25,519 nt of DNA from a virus. Lineage: Duplodnaviria > Caudoviricetes. The notes beneath the pieces were generated by a model. It did no database searches. It had not been told where the DNA came from and saw only the letters and a list, made by a program, of their open reading frames with translations. Shown here piece by piece: positions 7,383 through 15,924 of this stretch. Every line of letters begins with the position of its first letter. Position 1 is the first letter of the stretch. The DNA lies in IMG/VR virus record IMGVR_UViG_3300020045_001608, positions 1-25,519 of that record; one strand, given 5' to 3'. Made by a program: the position numbers and the translations under genes.

Positions 7383-7610
7383 ATGACAACAGAAAACAAA
7401 AAACCGAGTAATCCACAAGCTTATCCAAATAATAATAATTTAGATAGTGGAATGACCTTAAGAGATTATTTTGCTAATTCAGCAATGCAAGGAATGATTG
7501 CAAATCCAAATATATTAAGACCAAGCGGTAAAGACCCGAAAGAAGTAGATAAATTTTGCAGTGTGGCTTATGAATATGCCGATGCAATGCTTAAACAACG
7601 TGAATTATGA
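7383..7610 (+). CDS. conserved phage protein (GMTLRDYFA family)
   Basis: AYP...GMTLRDYFANSAMQG...AYEYADAMLKQR motif widespread in phage accessory ORFs; function unknown. Confidence 0.8.
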   Translation: MTTENKKPSNPQAYPNNNNLDSGMTLRDYFANSAMQGMIANPNILRPSGKDPKEVDKFCSVAYEYADAMLKQREL

Positions 7611-8083
7611 AACTACAATCAATGACCGACTATGTGTTGGGCGAAACAAGTAAATGTTCTTACAATGATTTTTATCAAAAAGTATTCAAATATGCGAACT
7701 TCCTAAAGTTAAACTTAGAAAATTGGATGTTTATTCCTTCTATTTTTAAAAATGGAGAATGGATTGTTTTGGAAGAGCCGAAAACACCACATACTTTTGC
7801 AAGTGAAAATTCTGATTTGTATATTAAGAAATATGAAAAAGAACTTGAACAATACCAACAAGCAAAAGAGAATGTAATTTTTGATGGGTTTTACATAACT
7901 AAAAAAGATGATAAACATATCAGATTAAAAAAAGGACAAATGTCTATAATATTCTTTATAGAAGATAACGAAATTACTTTTTATGATATTTTTTCAGATT
8001 CAGAAGATATTGAAACCATAGAAGACCTTGTAAAATACGATTTAACCCTAACAGATAACGCAATTAAAAAATATAAGTTATGA
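7607..8083 (+). CDS. hypothetical phage protein
   Basis: ORF track; ATGA coupling at both ends. Confidence 0.8.
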   Translation: MKLQSMTDYVLGETSKCSYNDFYQKVFKYANFLKLNLENWMFIPSIFKNGEWIVLEEPKTPHTFASENSDLYIKKYEKELEQYQQAKENVIFDGFYITKKDDKHIRLKKGQMSIIFFIEDNEITFYDIFSDSEDIETIEDLVKYDLTLTDNAIKKYKL

Positions 8084-8340
8084 GAAAACAAGAAACGATT
8101 GAGGAAGTTGCTGAGAGATATGCTTTTGATAATCTAATTAACAACAACTATAATAGCAAAATTGAAAAAGCATTTATCGATGGCTACAATTTCGCACAAC
8201 AACAAAACAAGAAATTGTATAGTGAGGATGAAACGGGTGAATTGGTTTACAACATTATAGGAGAGTATGCTAAACGCTATAATATCATTATAGATGGAGA
8301 AAAACTTAACGATTTATTTGAACAATTTAAAAAGAAATAA
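8080..8340 (+). CDS. hypothetical phage protein
   Basis: ORF track; ETIEEVAERY...AFIDG...LYSEDE...FEQFKKK pattern common in Bacteroidota phage small ORFs. Confidence 0.75.
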   Translation: MRKQETIEEVAERYAFDNLINNNYNSKIEKAFIDGYNFAQQQNKKLYSEDETGELVYNIIGEYAKRYNIIIDGEKLNDLFEQFKKK

Positions 8341-8387
8341 TAATGAAACAAACACCGATGCAAGAAATTAAAAGTTTATTGAGTTAA

Positions 8388-8420
8388 TTTGTGTTTGTAA
8401 AGAAAAAATAACTAATTTTG
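8388..8420 (+). promoter_or_regulatory. Bacteroidota-type promoter (-33 TTTG / -7 TAATTTTG)
   Basis: TTTG 8388-8391, 21-nt spacer, TAATTTTG 8413-8420, 6 nt before ATG 8427. Confidence 0.6.
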
Positions 8421-8426
8421 AAAATT

Positions 8427-8642
8427 ATGAAAAAACTATTATTACTATTAACATTTATTTTACTAACGAGTTGTTCAACCGATTCAGTAGACTTTTATAA
8501 ATATTGGAGAGCTACATACAACTCACAAATGTTAATAATCAAAACAGAAGAAACAACTAAAGAAATTTACGAAAAACATAATCCTGAAACTATTTACTTT
8601 GAGGATGGATTTAATCGTGAGTATTTTAAAACCAAGAATTGA
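8427..8642 (+). CDS. small lipoprotein
   Basis: MKKLLLLLTFILLTS-C signal peptide II with lipobox LTSC, followed by STDSVD; ATG 8427 preferred over TTG 8418. Confidence 0.8.
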   Translation: MKKLLLLLTFILLTSCSTDSVDFYKYWRATYNSQMLIIKTEETTKEIYEKHNPETIYFEDGFNREYFKTKN

Positions 8643-8661
8643 TTAATCAATTTTTTTCAAT

Positions 8662-8943
8662 ATGGAAAATGTAAAAGGAGGAGCGAGAGAGGGTTCTGGT
8701 CGTAAATCAAAAGCAGAAGAACAAAAGCTAATTGAGAAACTTTCTCCAATGGAAGCTACCGCACACGCTAAACTATCAGAAGCAATCGACTTAGGTAAAG
8801 ATTGGGCTATAAAAATGTTCTTTGAATATATGTATGGCAAACCTAAACAAATGATTGAACAAACTAATCTTAATGTTGATGCTGGTAAATTAACAGAAGA
8901 AGAAATTAAGAAGATTAATGACGAACTTAACAAATCTTACTAA
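8662..8943 (+). CDS. terS: putative terminase small subunit
   Basis: GGAREGSGRK N-terminal motif, WAIKMFFEYMYGKPKQ (DUF5681-like), immediately upstream of and overlapping terL. Confidence 0.75.
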   Translation: MENVKGGAREGSGRKSKAEEQKLIEKLSPMEATAHAKLSEAIDLGKDWAIKMFFEYMYGKPKQMIEQTNLNVDAGKLTEEEIKKINDELNKSY

Positions 8944-10315
8944 TTATCAAAAGGTATTAAAAGTTAGATGTGAGAATGATTTATTATTTTTCACAAGGTA
9001 TATTTATAAAGAAAACACAAGGCGTAATTTTATAGTTGCGCCTCATTTTATTGAAATAGCTAATACTTTAACCGATGTAGTTAATGGTAAGATTAAGCGA
9101 TTAATTATAAACATTCCTCCACGTTATGGTAAAACTGAATTAGCGGTAAAATGTTTCATAGCTTGGTGTTTGGCTAAAAATTCAACATCAAAATTCATAC
9201 ACCTTTCTTATTCCGATTCATTAGCATTAGATAATTCAAGCCAAACAAAAGAGTATATTGAAAGCGATGCATTTCAGTCACTTTGGCAAATGAAATTAAA
9301 GAAAGATGCACAAAGTAAATCGAAGTGGTTTAATGACGATGGTGGTGGGGTTTACGCTACTGCTTCGGGTGGCGCTATTACTGGTTTTGGTGCTGGTGTA
9401 ACCGATAGCAATGAGTTTAGTGGTGCAATTATAATTGATGACCCTTTAAAACCTGACGACGCTTTTAGCGAGGTTAAAAGAAATGCAGTTAACGAAAGAT
9501 ATAATAATACAATTAGAAGCCGTGTAAACGACAGAGATACACCTATTATTGTTATTATGCAAAGATTACACGAAGACGATATGAGTGGATTTCTTTTAAA
9601 TGGCGGAAGTGGCGAGGAATGGACTCATTTATGTTTACCAGCGTTAAATGAATTAAACGAGCCTCTTTGGAGTGACAAACATTCATTTGAGGAACTTGAA
9701 CAAATAAGACAAGCTAATAGATATACTTTCGCTGGTCAATATATGCAAACACCATCTCCTGATGAGGGTGGCGAATGGCGTAAAAATTGGTTTAATATAG
9801 TTAAAAAACAAGAAGTCCCACAAGGTATTAATTGGGAATTGTTTATAGATGGTGCTTATACTAAAGATACAAAGAACGACCCAACAGGATTACAGATACA
9901 AGGTAGGTATAACAACGATGTTTATATATATTCAAGTATAGATAAGTATTTAGAAATGCCTGAACTATTAAAACTTATTCCTAACCATATACAACAAACA
10001 GGATTGGATATAAAAATGGTTTTAATCGAACCCAAAGCAAGTGGAAAATCATTAAAACAATTACTTCAAAACCAAACAAAGTTAAATGTTTCAGAGTTAA
10101 AAGGAGAAATGTTACAAATGTCAAAGATTGAAAGAGCAAGGTCGGTAAGTCCATTTATTGAGGGTGGTCGAGTCTTTTTAGTTGAGGGGAGTTGGAATGA
10201 ACACTACTTACAGCAAGTAAGTATATTCCCAAATGGTAAACACGATGAACATATAGATTTAACCGCTTATGGAATTAATCGAAATTTAATGAGAAAAATT
10301 AGTCAAGTATTATAA
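8918..10315 (+). CDS. terL: terminase large subunit
   Basis: Walker A INIPPRYGKT, Walker B IIIDDP, IMQRLHEDD coupling motif, nuclease motifs FIDGA, IEPKASG and FPNGKHDEHID. Confidence 0.95.
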   Translation: MTNLTNLTNYQKVLKVRCENDLLFFTRYIYKENTRRNFIVAPHFIEIANTLTDVVNGKIKRLIINIPPRYGKTELAVKCFIAWCLAKNSTSKFIHLSYSDSLALDNSSQTKEYIESDAFQSLWQMKLKKDAQSKSKWFNDDGGGVYATASGGAITGFGAGVTDSNEFSGAIIIDDPLKPDDAFSEVKRNAVNERYNNTIRSRVNDRDTPIIVIMQRLHEDDMSGFLLNGGSGEEWTHLCLPALNELNEPLWSDKHSFEELEQIRQANRYTFAGQYMQTPSPDEGGEWRKNWFNIVKKQEVPQGINWELFIDGAYTKDTKNDPTGLQIQGRYNNDVYIYSSIDKYLEMPELLKLIPNHIQQTGLDIKMVLIEPKASGKSLKQLLQNQTKLNVSELKGEMLQMSKIERARSVSPFIEGGRVFLVEGSWNEHYLQQVSIFPNGKHDEHIDLTAYGINRNLMRKISQVL

Positions 10316-10324
10316 AAAATTAAT

Positions 10325-10340
10325 TAAATTTGTAGAATTA
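10325..10340 (+). promoter_or_regulatory. candidate late promoter (-7 TAAATTTG followed by TAGAATTA)
   Basis: TAnnTTTG match; 13-nt ATTTGTAGAATTA identical to 17954-17966. Confidence 0.55.
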
Positions 10341-10537
10341 TGGCAAAGAAAAAACTACCTTTAAAGGATTTAGGAAAAAATAAAGAACATTTATTGCGAT
10401 TGTTTCCTTTCTTAAAAAAAGAATACAGACCGATTGTAAAAAAGGATTTGAATAACGAAGAAACATTTAAAGAACTATTTGGGGAATTACCATACGAACC
10501 ACATTTTATCAAAGCAATCTATGAGTATCAAAAGTAA
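10340..10537 (+). CDS. hypothetical protein (65 aa)
   Basis: ORF track; first gene after terL. Confidence 0.7.
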   Translation: MAKKKLPLKDLGKNKEHLLRLFPFLKKEYRPIVKKDLNNEETFKELFGELPYEPHFIKAIYEYQK

Positions 10538-10958
10538 AAATGATATACCTTATTTGAAATTTATTGAGTTTCAAAAAGCTATTGAAGAACACGCAGAGGA
10601 TGAGTGGTTTGTTGCGCTTCAAGTAATGCAAAGATTTTATCCAAACAAAAAAACAAAGATAGCTGAAAGGTTAGAAGATTTTAGAAAGGCTCTTTTGTCA
10701 ACAACACCAGCAAAGATGAATTTTAAATTAGATTTACAATTTACTAACGCTGGTAAATTTATCGATGCTGACACATTAGTTCAAGAAAACGAAATAATAG
10801 AGTTTTTAAAATTAGTTATTAAACCTAAATATCGTTGGCAAAGGATAAATTACAATAAAATTAGTTTAGCGGATGTAACAGCGGTTCTTGCGCTTTTTAC
10901 GAAGTATCAACAGATATTAAAAGCCGATACGAGTGGATTTACAACCCACCTCCAATAG
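10521..10958 (+). CDS. putative tail assembly chaperone (G-like; short product)
   Basis: ATG 10521 (MSIKSKNDIPYLKFIEFQ) preferred; contains a CTT TTT ACG slippery site with an overlapping open -1 frame. Confidence 0.6.
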   Translation: MSIKSKNDIPYLKFIEFQKAIEEHAEDEWFVALQVMQRFYPNKKTKIAERLEDFRKALLSTTPAKMNFKLDLQFTNAGKFIDADTLVQENEIIEFLKLVIKPKYRWQRINYNKISLADVTAVLALFTKYQQILKADTSGFTTHLQ

Positions 10959-11155
10959 CAAGTTCGGGAGATGTGTCAGGCTCTGTTGAGAGAAAGGAAT
11001 TTGTACAACATTATGGAATATATGCCGAGATAACTTATTTACTTTGTACTACTTATAATTACACGCATGATGAGGTTTGGAGTTGGGATATAGATAAGTT
11101 TTTATTTCAAGGCGAATATTTGATTAGAAAAAGAATTGTTGAAAATATAAAATAA
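10898..11155 (+). CDS. C-terminal (T-like) extension of the tail assembly chaperone, reached by -1 frameshift
   Basis: Frame is open from 10865 to 11155, has only a weak GTG start (10973), and reads YEVSTDIKSRYEWIYNPPP...EFVQHYGIYAEITYLLC...EVWSWDI..FL, resembling T-domain helical patterns. Confidence 0.6.
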   Translation, partial: YEVSTDIKSRYEWIYNPPPIASSGDVSGSVERKEFVQHYGIYAEITYLLCTTYNYTHDEVWSWDIDKFLFQGEYLIRKRIVENIK

Positions 11156-11175
11156 AACGTATGAAGATATACGTT
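11156..11175 (+). promoter_or_regulatory. hairpin with GAAGAT hexaloop
   Basis: AACGTAT-GAAGAT-ATACGTT, a perfect 7-bp stem occupying most of the 27-nt intergenic gap. Confidence 0.65.
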
Positions 11176-11182
11176 ACAGATT

Positions 11183-11635
11183 ATGAACGAAATAACCAAA
11201 GTCTACGATTACGTTATTAACTTATTTAACTCAAATGAATTAGTTAATACGATTTCTATTGTACCAACTATTGAAATGGATAACAATAAAGAAAATATTT
11301 ATCCTTTGGTAAACGCTGACTTAACAGCAACAGCAATAGAAGATAATATTATTATTTGTGATTTCGAGATTACAATAGTTCAGCAAAGAAATACTACTAC
11401 TATTAAGACTGATTCTAAATTACTAAACGATACTAACTACCTTGACAATATGAATGAAACACATTCAATTACTACAAGGTTTGTTAATGTAGTTTCAGAG
11501 CAAAATAACGATGATAATATAGAGTTAGATTCAATTACTAAATTAAGACCTTTAAAAAATTGGGGGCGTAATTCATTAGATGGTTTTCAGTTTAATGTTA
11601 GTTTGTCAATTCCTAATAGCGGTAAAAGTTGTTAA
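11183..11635 (+). CDS. putative tail terminator / tail completion protein
   Basis: 150 aa, ENIYPLVN motif, beta-rich, position among neck/tail genes. Confidence 0.6.
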   Translation: MNEITKVYDYVINLFNSNELVNTISIVPTIEMDNNKENIYPLVNADLTATAIEDNIIICDFEITIVQQRNTTTIKTDSKLLNDTNYLDNMNETHSITTRFVNVVSEQNNDDNIELDSITKLRPLKNWGRNSLDGFQFNVSLSIPNSGKSC

Positions 11636-12018
11636 GCGAAGTTGAAATAAGAGCGATTGCGCAAAATGTTGTTAACAAAGCAAAGTCAACAGCGCACGTT
11701 GAACAAGGTTCTTTAAAGAAGTCAATAAATTTCACTTACATTAAAGGATTAGTTACGTTCAGACAATTGTATTATGGACAATGGAATGAAAATTCACAAC
11801 TTGAAAAGTATGCAAGTCAAATGATGCCGAGCGGAGTTCCTTACAAAGTTGTTTTAACTAAATTAGGAGGTGATACATACGAAAGCGGAAAAACAAAACA
11901 AGGGCGTAAAACTCAAAGAACAGCAGTTGCACAGGCGTTAAGAAATTCAAGTAGTAATGTAAGAAAGTTAATAGCATTAATTCAGGCAAAGCGTAAAGAT
12001 GGCAAAGAGAAGAAGTAG
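11629..12018 (+). CDS. putative tail completion protein (HK97 gp10-like), copy 1
   Basis: AKSTAHVEQGSLKKSI resembles the gp10-like PVxTGxLxxSI motif; basic; TTG start overlapping upstream stop. Confidence 0.55.
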   Translation: MLSEVEIRAIAQNVVNKAKSTAHVEQGSLKKSINFTYIKGLVTFRQLYYGQWNENSQLEKYASQMMPSGVPYKVVLTKLGGDTYESGKTKQGRKTQRTAVAQALRNSSSNVRKLIALIQAKRKDGKEKK

Positions 12019-12334
12019 AGAGCAGTTAAAAGTTGACCGACTTATTAAAGCCGAGTTACTTATATTAAAAGAAAAAATATTAGAAGAGGCTTACCCTATA
12101 ACAAGAGTCAAAACAACTGTTTTAAGAAATGAAATGAATGGACGTGTTGACCCAGACACAAGACTAACGATGTATCAAGCGTATTACGGAGCTTATAACT
12201 ACCCAAAAGGAAAAGAAAGCGGAGAAAAAAATACATTATTAATTACTATGAAAAAACTCATACCTGACACTACAAAAATAATAATAGGGAACATTAACGA
12301 AATCATTAACGCTCCTTTCAAACAAAAAAAATAA
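11999..12334 (+). CDS. putative tail completion protein (HK97 gp10-like), copy 2
   Basis: AYPITRVKTTVLRNEM...YQAYYGAYN parallels the preceding ORF; basic. Confidence 0.45.
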   Translation: MAKRRSREQLKVDRLIKAELLILKEKILEEAYPITRVKTTVLRNEMNGRVDPDTRLTMYQAYYGAYNYPKGKESGEKNTLLITMKKLIPDTTKIIIGNINEIINAPFKQKK

Positions 12335-13708
12335 ATGGCTACTATTACAATTACAAACTACGACAGAGCAACAGGATGTATTTATTTTGATATAATAGGA
12401 ACACCAACTCCGAGTGCCGTTTCTGTATTTAAAAGTTTAGACAATGGTGTTACTTGGATAGGTTTAGGAACTGCTGGGATTACTTCGCCTCGTTGTGGTT
12501 ATACCTACACCGCTGGTATTTGGTTTAAATTACGTTTAGAAAGCGAGGGCGTTTACTCAAATATTTGGAAAGAAGATTACACTATTACACGCACCGAAAT
12601 TAATACACCTAATAGCATATTGTTTTGCAATAGCCCTATTCATTTTAAAATACAAAATACTGCACAAGATAATACAATTAGAAGTGCCACGCTTAAATGT
12701 TGGGTATGGTCAGGAAATCAAAACAGAAGTTTAGGATTGCCAAATTTTAAACTATTTAAAGCTCAGGTTTCGGTACAAGATGACTATATCGATTTTCAAG
12801 TAGATGATTATTTGCGCTCCTTTCTTAATCCACAACTTGCTTACAACGAAATGAATTTACCAGCTATTATTAATCAAGGTGTATTCTTTCAATACGAGGC
12901 TACAATTACAAACGATGTAGGCTTTGAAGTTATTGAGAGTAATACTTACTTTGCTACACTTGGTTATCGTTGGAACTATGAACAATCGTTATTAGGTAGT
13001 AATGGTGTTAATCCAAACGGAAGTATAGGTTTCGGAGTTGTAGCGCAAAAATACTATAATCACAAAGTACCAAACTACATTACGCAATCATTTGATTTTA
13101 CTAAAAGTGTTGCAGATGCCACAAGTAGTAATATTATTACTTTGGTTCGTGATACACCTACAACTAATTTAAAATGTAGCCGTGACCCTTATGTAATTGT
13201 TTATTTAGATAAGAGGGGTTTATGGAATATGTTTACACCTTTTGGAAAAACTATTGTATCAACTAAAATAACTACCGAATACGCAAACAGAGCGTTTCGA
13301 GATAGTAGCAATGTAGATAATAGATACCAACATCATAAGGGACGTACTAAATTAGAAAACCCTCAAAGTTACCAAATTAATACAGGAAACTTAAACGAAG
13401 ATATGGTGCAGATTTACGAAGAAATACTTTACTCTGAAAAGATTTACTTAATCGAGTTTAAAGGAGATTTGCAAACCACAACTACAATAGGCATAACAAT
13501 CGATAACACCTATATTACAATTGATGACGAAACAATTACAATCGATAGCACAACAGTTACTGATGACTATTTGGCTTTTTATAAAACATTTAGACAAATA
13601 CCCGTTTATATTCCCGATGCGGAGTTTATAAGAAAAACAAGGTTAAACAATAAGACAGATATTAACTACTCTTTGAAATTAGAGGAAACTTCAAATAAAA
13701 TATTATAA
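12335..13708 (+). CDS. minor tail structural protein (distal tail/baseplate-like)
   Basis: 457 aa, beta-rich; YLDKRGLWNMFTPFG and INTG...EEILYSEKIYL motifs seen in Bacteroidota siphophage tail proteins; position before tail tip and tape measure. Confidence 0.65.
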   Translation: MATITITNYDRATGCIYFDIIGTPTPSAVSVFKSLDNGVTWIGLGTAGITSPRCGYTYTAGIWFKLRLESEGVYSNIWKEDYTITRTEINTPNSILFCNSPIHFKIQNTAQDNTIRSATLKCWVWSGNQNRSLGLPNFKLFKAQVSVQDDYIDFQVDDYLRSFLNPQLAYNEMNLPAIINQGVFFQYEATITNDVGFEVIESNTYFATLGYRWNYEQSLLGSNGVNPNGSIGFGVVAQKYYNHKVPNYITQSFDFTKSVADATSSNIITLVRDTPTTNLKCSRDPYVIVYLDKRGLWNMFTPFGKTIVSTKITTEYANRAFRDSSNVDNRYQHHKGRTKLENPQSYQINTGNLNEDMVQIYEEILYSEKIYLIEFKGDLQTTTTIGITIDNTYITIDDETITIDSTTVTDDYLAFYKTFRQIPVYIPDAEFIRKTRLNNKTDINYSLKLEETSNKIL

Positions 13709-15921
13709 TGAAAACCGATGTATATGTTTCAATTGATGGATTGACTTACAATCAACTCGACTTGTACAAAGACGAAACTATTGTAATGAAATATGCAAGT
13801 AAGGATTTAAACGATATTACAAAAGTTTTCGCTCCTTACTCACAAGATTTTACTTTTGAAGCATCAAAGAACAATCGTAAATATTTAGGTTTCTATGGCG
13901 ATACCGATGTAATTAAAATAAAAACAGATTCTAAATACTTTTGTAAAATATATGTTGGAGGTCAATTAGATTCATTTGGGTTTCTTAAATTAAAATCAGT
14001 TAAGTACGAAAATAATAAAGCACAATCGTTTTTAGCATCATTCTCTACAAGTGTGACTAATTTAAAAGATAAGTTAGGAGACGAAACAATACAAGACTTA
14101 ACCGAAACCGCATTAATTCAATGGACACGTGAACACGTTTCTGATTTAATAAGTAGTACCGAAACATATACTTTCGATGGCGTTCAAACAAAGGTTTACG
14201 TTCCTTTAATATCTAATAATCGAGTCTGGCAATACGATAGTAATCCAGTTGCATTGGATAATATTAAAGTAGGAAGTACAGGTTATGTAAATTCAAGTGA
14301 GTTACGACCAGCGGTTAACTTAAATTCAATTTTAGAGTTTATTAAAAAGAAATATAATTTACTTATTGAATTACCAATAGCGCAAAGACCTGAGTTTTCA
14401 AAGGCTTTTATGTGGTGCAACACAGAGTTTTTAAGTAAGACTTCGCAAATAAAATTGAATTGCGATAATAGTATGTTGACTACTTACTCTATTGTTGTAG
14501 GTGATGGCGGAAACCAGCCTATTTCAAGTGCAACAACAGAGCGTAAATACTCAATTACTCAATCGTTAAATGCTTATAAAATAACAAAGAATAGCGTTAC
14601 AGATAGTGCGTGGAGTATTTATCCTTATTGCGAATTTAATATTAACTTTCAAAACTTATATAACGTATCAAATACAGGAGATAATAAGTTAGATATACTA
14701 TTAGTTTCAAAAACAACAGGAGAACTTATAACCTCAACTACACAAGATTATAGCGAGGGGAATTTCAAAGCTACAATAAGAATTAATGATAGTTATTTTG
14801 TAACTTCGGATTTAGAGTTTTATGTTTATTTGCAGTTTTCAAATCCTACTACATTTGAATATACGAGAACAAATTTATCTTTTCCTTATCGAAAAACTAT
14901 TTTTGCAAGTGGAGGTTTTCAAAGATATAATTTTGACTTTTATCAGTATGAAAATGGTAATACTTATTTTGCATCAAATAATTCATTTGCGACAATAAAC
15001 ATATTTAAGGCTTTGCCAAATATGAAAGTGATTGACTTTCTTACATCGTTAATTAAAACTTTTAATTTAGCAATTTATGATAGTTCGCCTGATAATGATA
15101 ATTTATTTTTTCTTACACCAGCTAATATTGAAGAAAGCAACCAAGTATATTCAAAGTTAGAAGTAGATTATACGCCTTATGTTGATATTAAAGAAAGTAC
15201 CAAAGCAAGTGTTGAACAATACAATTATTATAACTTAAAACACACTACATCGAAATATAGAAGTAATGTAGACTTTAAAAGAATTTACGGAAGCGAATAC
15301 GGACAGATATATTTTCCTGAAACAAAACCATCGGAAGCGAAAGAATTTAAAATAGAAACTGGATTTAGTATTATTAATCCTATTACTATTCAAGGGACAA
15401 ATGATTTAATAAGTGCTTATGGTTTTACAAGCGATGCTCCGAGTATTGGAGGTTCAGGAGAAAGCAGATACACACCTAATTATGATGAGCCTACAATTTT
15501 CTATAATAATGGCATTCAAACATTGACAGAAGATTATTTATTTCAATCGGGTTCGACTGCTCCAATAATTATTTCAAAAAGTACCTATCAGTTAACATTA
15601 CCTTTCTTAATTACTAATAATGGAGATAGTTTAGGATTTTCTATACTTGTTTTCGAGGGTAGTACTTATCCAAACAATCTTTATAGTATGTATTACCAAA
15701 AACAATTAGAAAGATTAATTGACCCGAATGTAATGGCACAAAGTTTCACACTTGATTTACCAACAAACGAGATGTATTTAAACGAATTTACACAAAATAC
15801 TACACCAACAGGCTTTAGATTACAGAATGATGTTATAATAATGGAAAATAGATTCACAATATTAGATGCTCAAATCGACAAAACAACAGGGAAAACTAAA
15901 ATAACACTACTAAATTACTAA
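13708..15921 (+). CDS. tail tip / baseplate hub-like structural protein
   Basis: LDLYKDETI...DLNDITKVFAPYSQDFT..ASKNN N-terminus and LPNMKVIDFLTSLIKTFNL motif of Bacteroidota phage tail proteins. Confidence 0.7.
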   Translation: MKTDVYVSIDGLTYNQLDLYKDETIVMKYASKDLNDITKVFAPYSQDFTFEASKNNRKYLGFYGDTDVIKIKTDSKYFCKIYVGGQLDSFGFLKLKSVKYENNKAQSFLASFSTSVTNLKDKLGDETIQDLTETALIQWTREHVSDLISSTETYTFDGVQTKVYVPLISNNRVWQYDSNPVALDNIKVGSTGYVNSSELRPAVNLNSILEFIKKKYNLLIELPIAQRPEFSKAFMWCNTEFLSKTSQIKLNCDNSMLTTYSIVVGDGGNQPISSATTERKYSITQSLNAYKITKNSVTDSAWSIYPYCEFNINFQNLYNVSNTGDNKLDILLVSKTTGELITSTTQDYSEGNFKATIRINDSYFVTSDLEFYVYLQFSNPTTFEYTRTNLSFPYRKTIFASGGFQRYNFDFYQYENGNTYFASNNSFATINIFKALPNMKVIDFLTSLIKTFNLAIYDSSPDNDNLFFLTPANIEESNQVYSKLEVDYTPYVDIKESTKASVEQYNYYNLKHTTSKYRSNVDFKRIYGSEYGQIYFPETKPSEAKEFKIETGFSIINPITIQGTNDLISAYGFTSDAPSIGGSGESRYTPNYDEPTIFYNNGIQTLTEDYLFQSGSTAPIIISKSTYQLTLPFLITNNGDSLGFSILVFEGSTYPNNLYSMYYQKQLERLIDPNVMAQSFTLDLPTNEMYLNEFTQNTTPTGFRLQNDVIIMENRFTILDAQIDKTTGKTKITLLNY

Positions 15922-15924
15922 TAA

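Noticed and set aside
10973-11155. Stand-alone 60-aa gene starting at GTG
   Set aside because: Poor initiation context and the frame is open well upstream through a slippery T-run; better explained as a frameshift extension.
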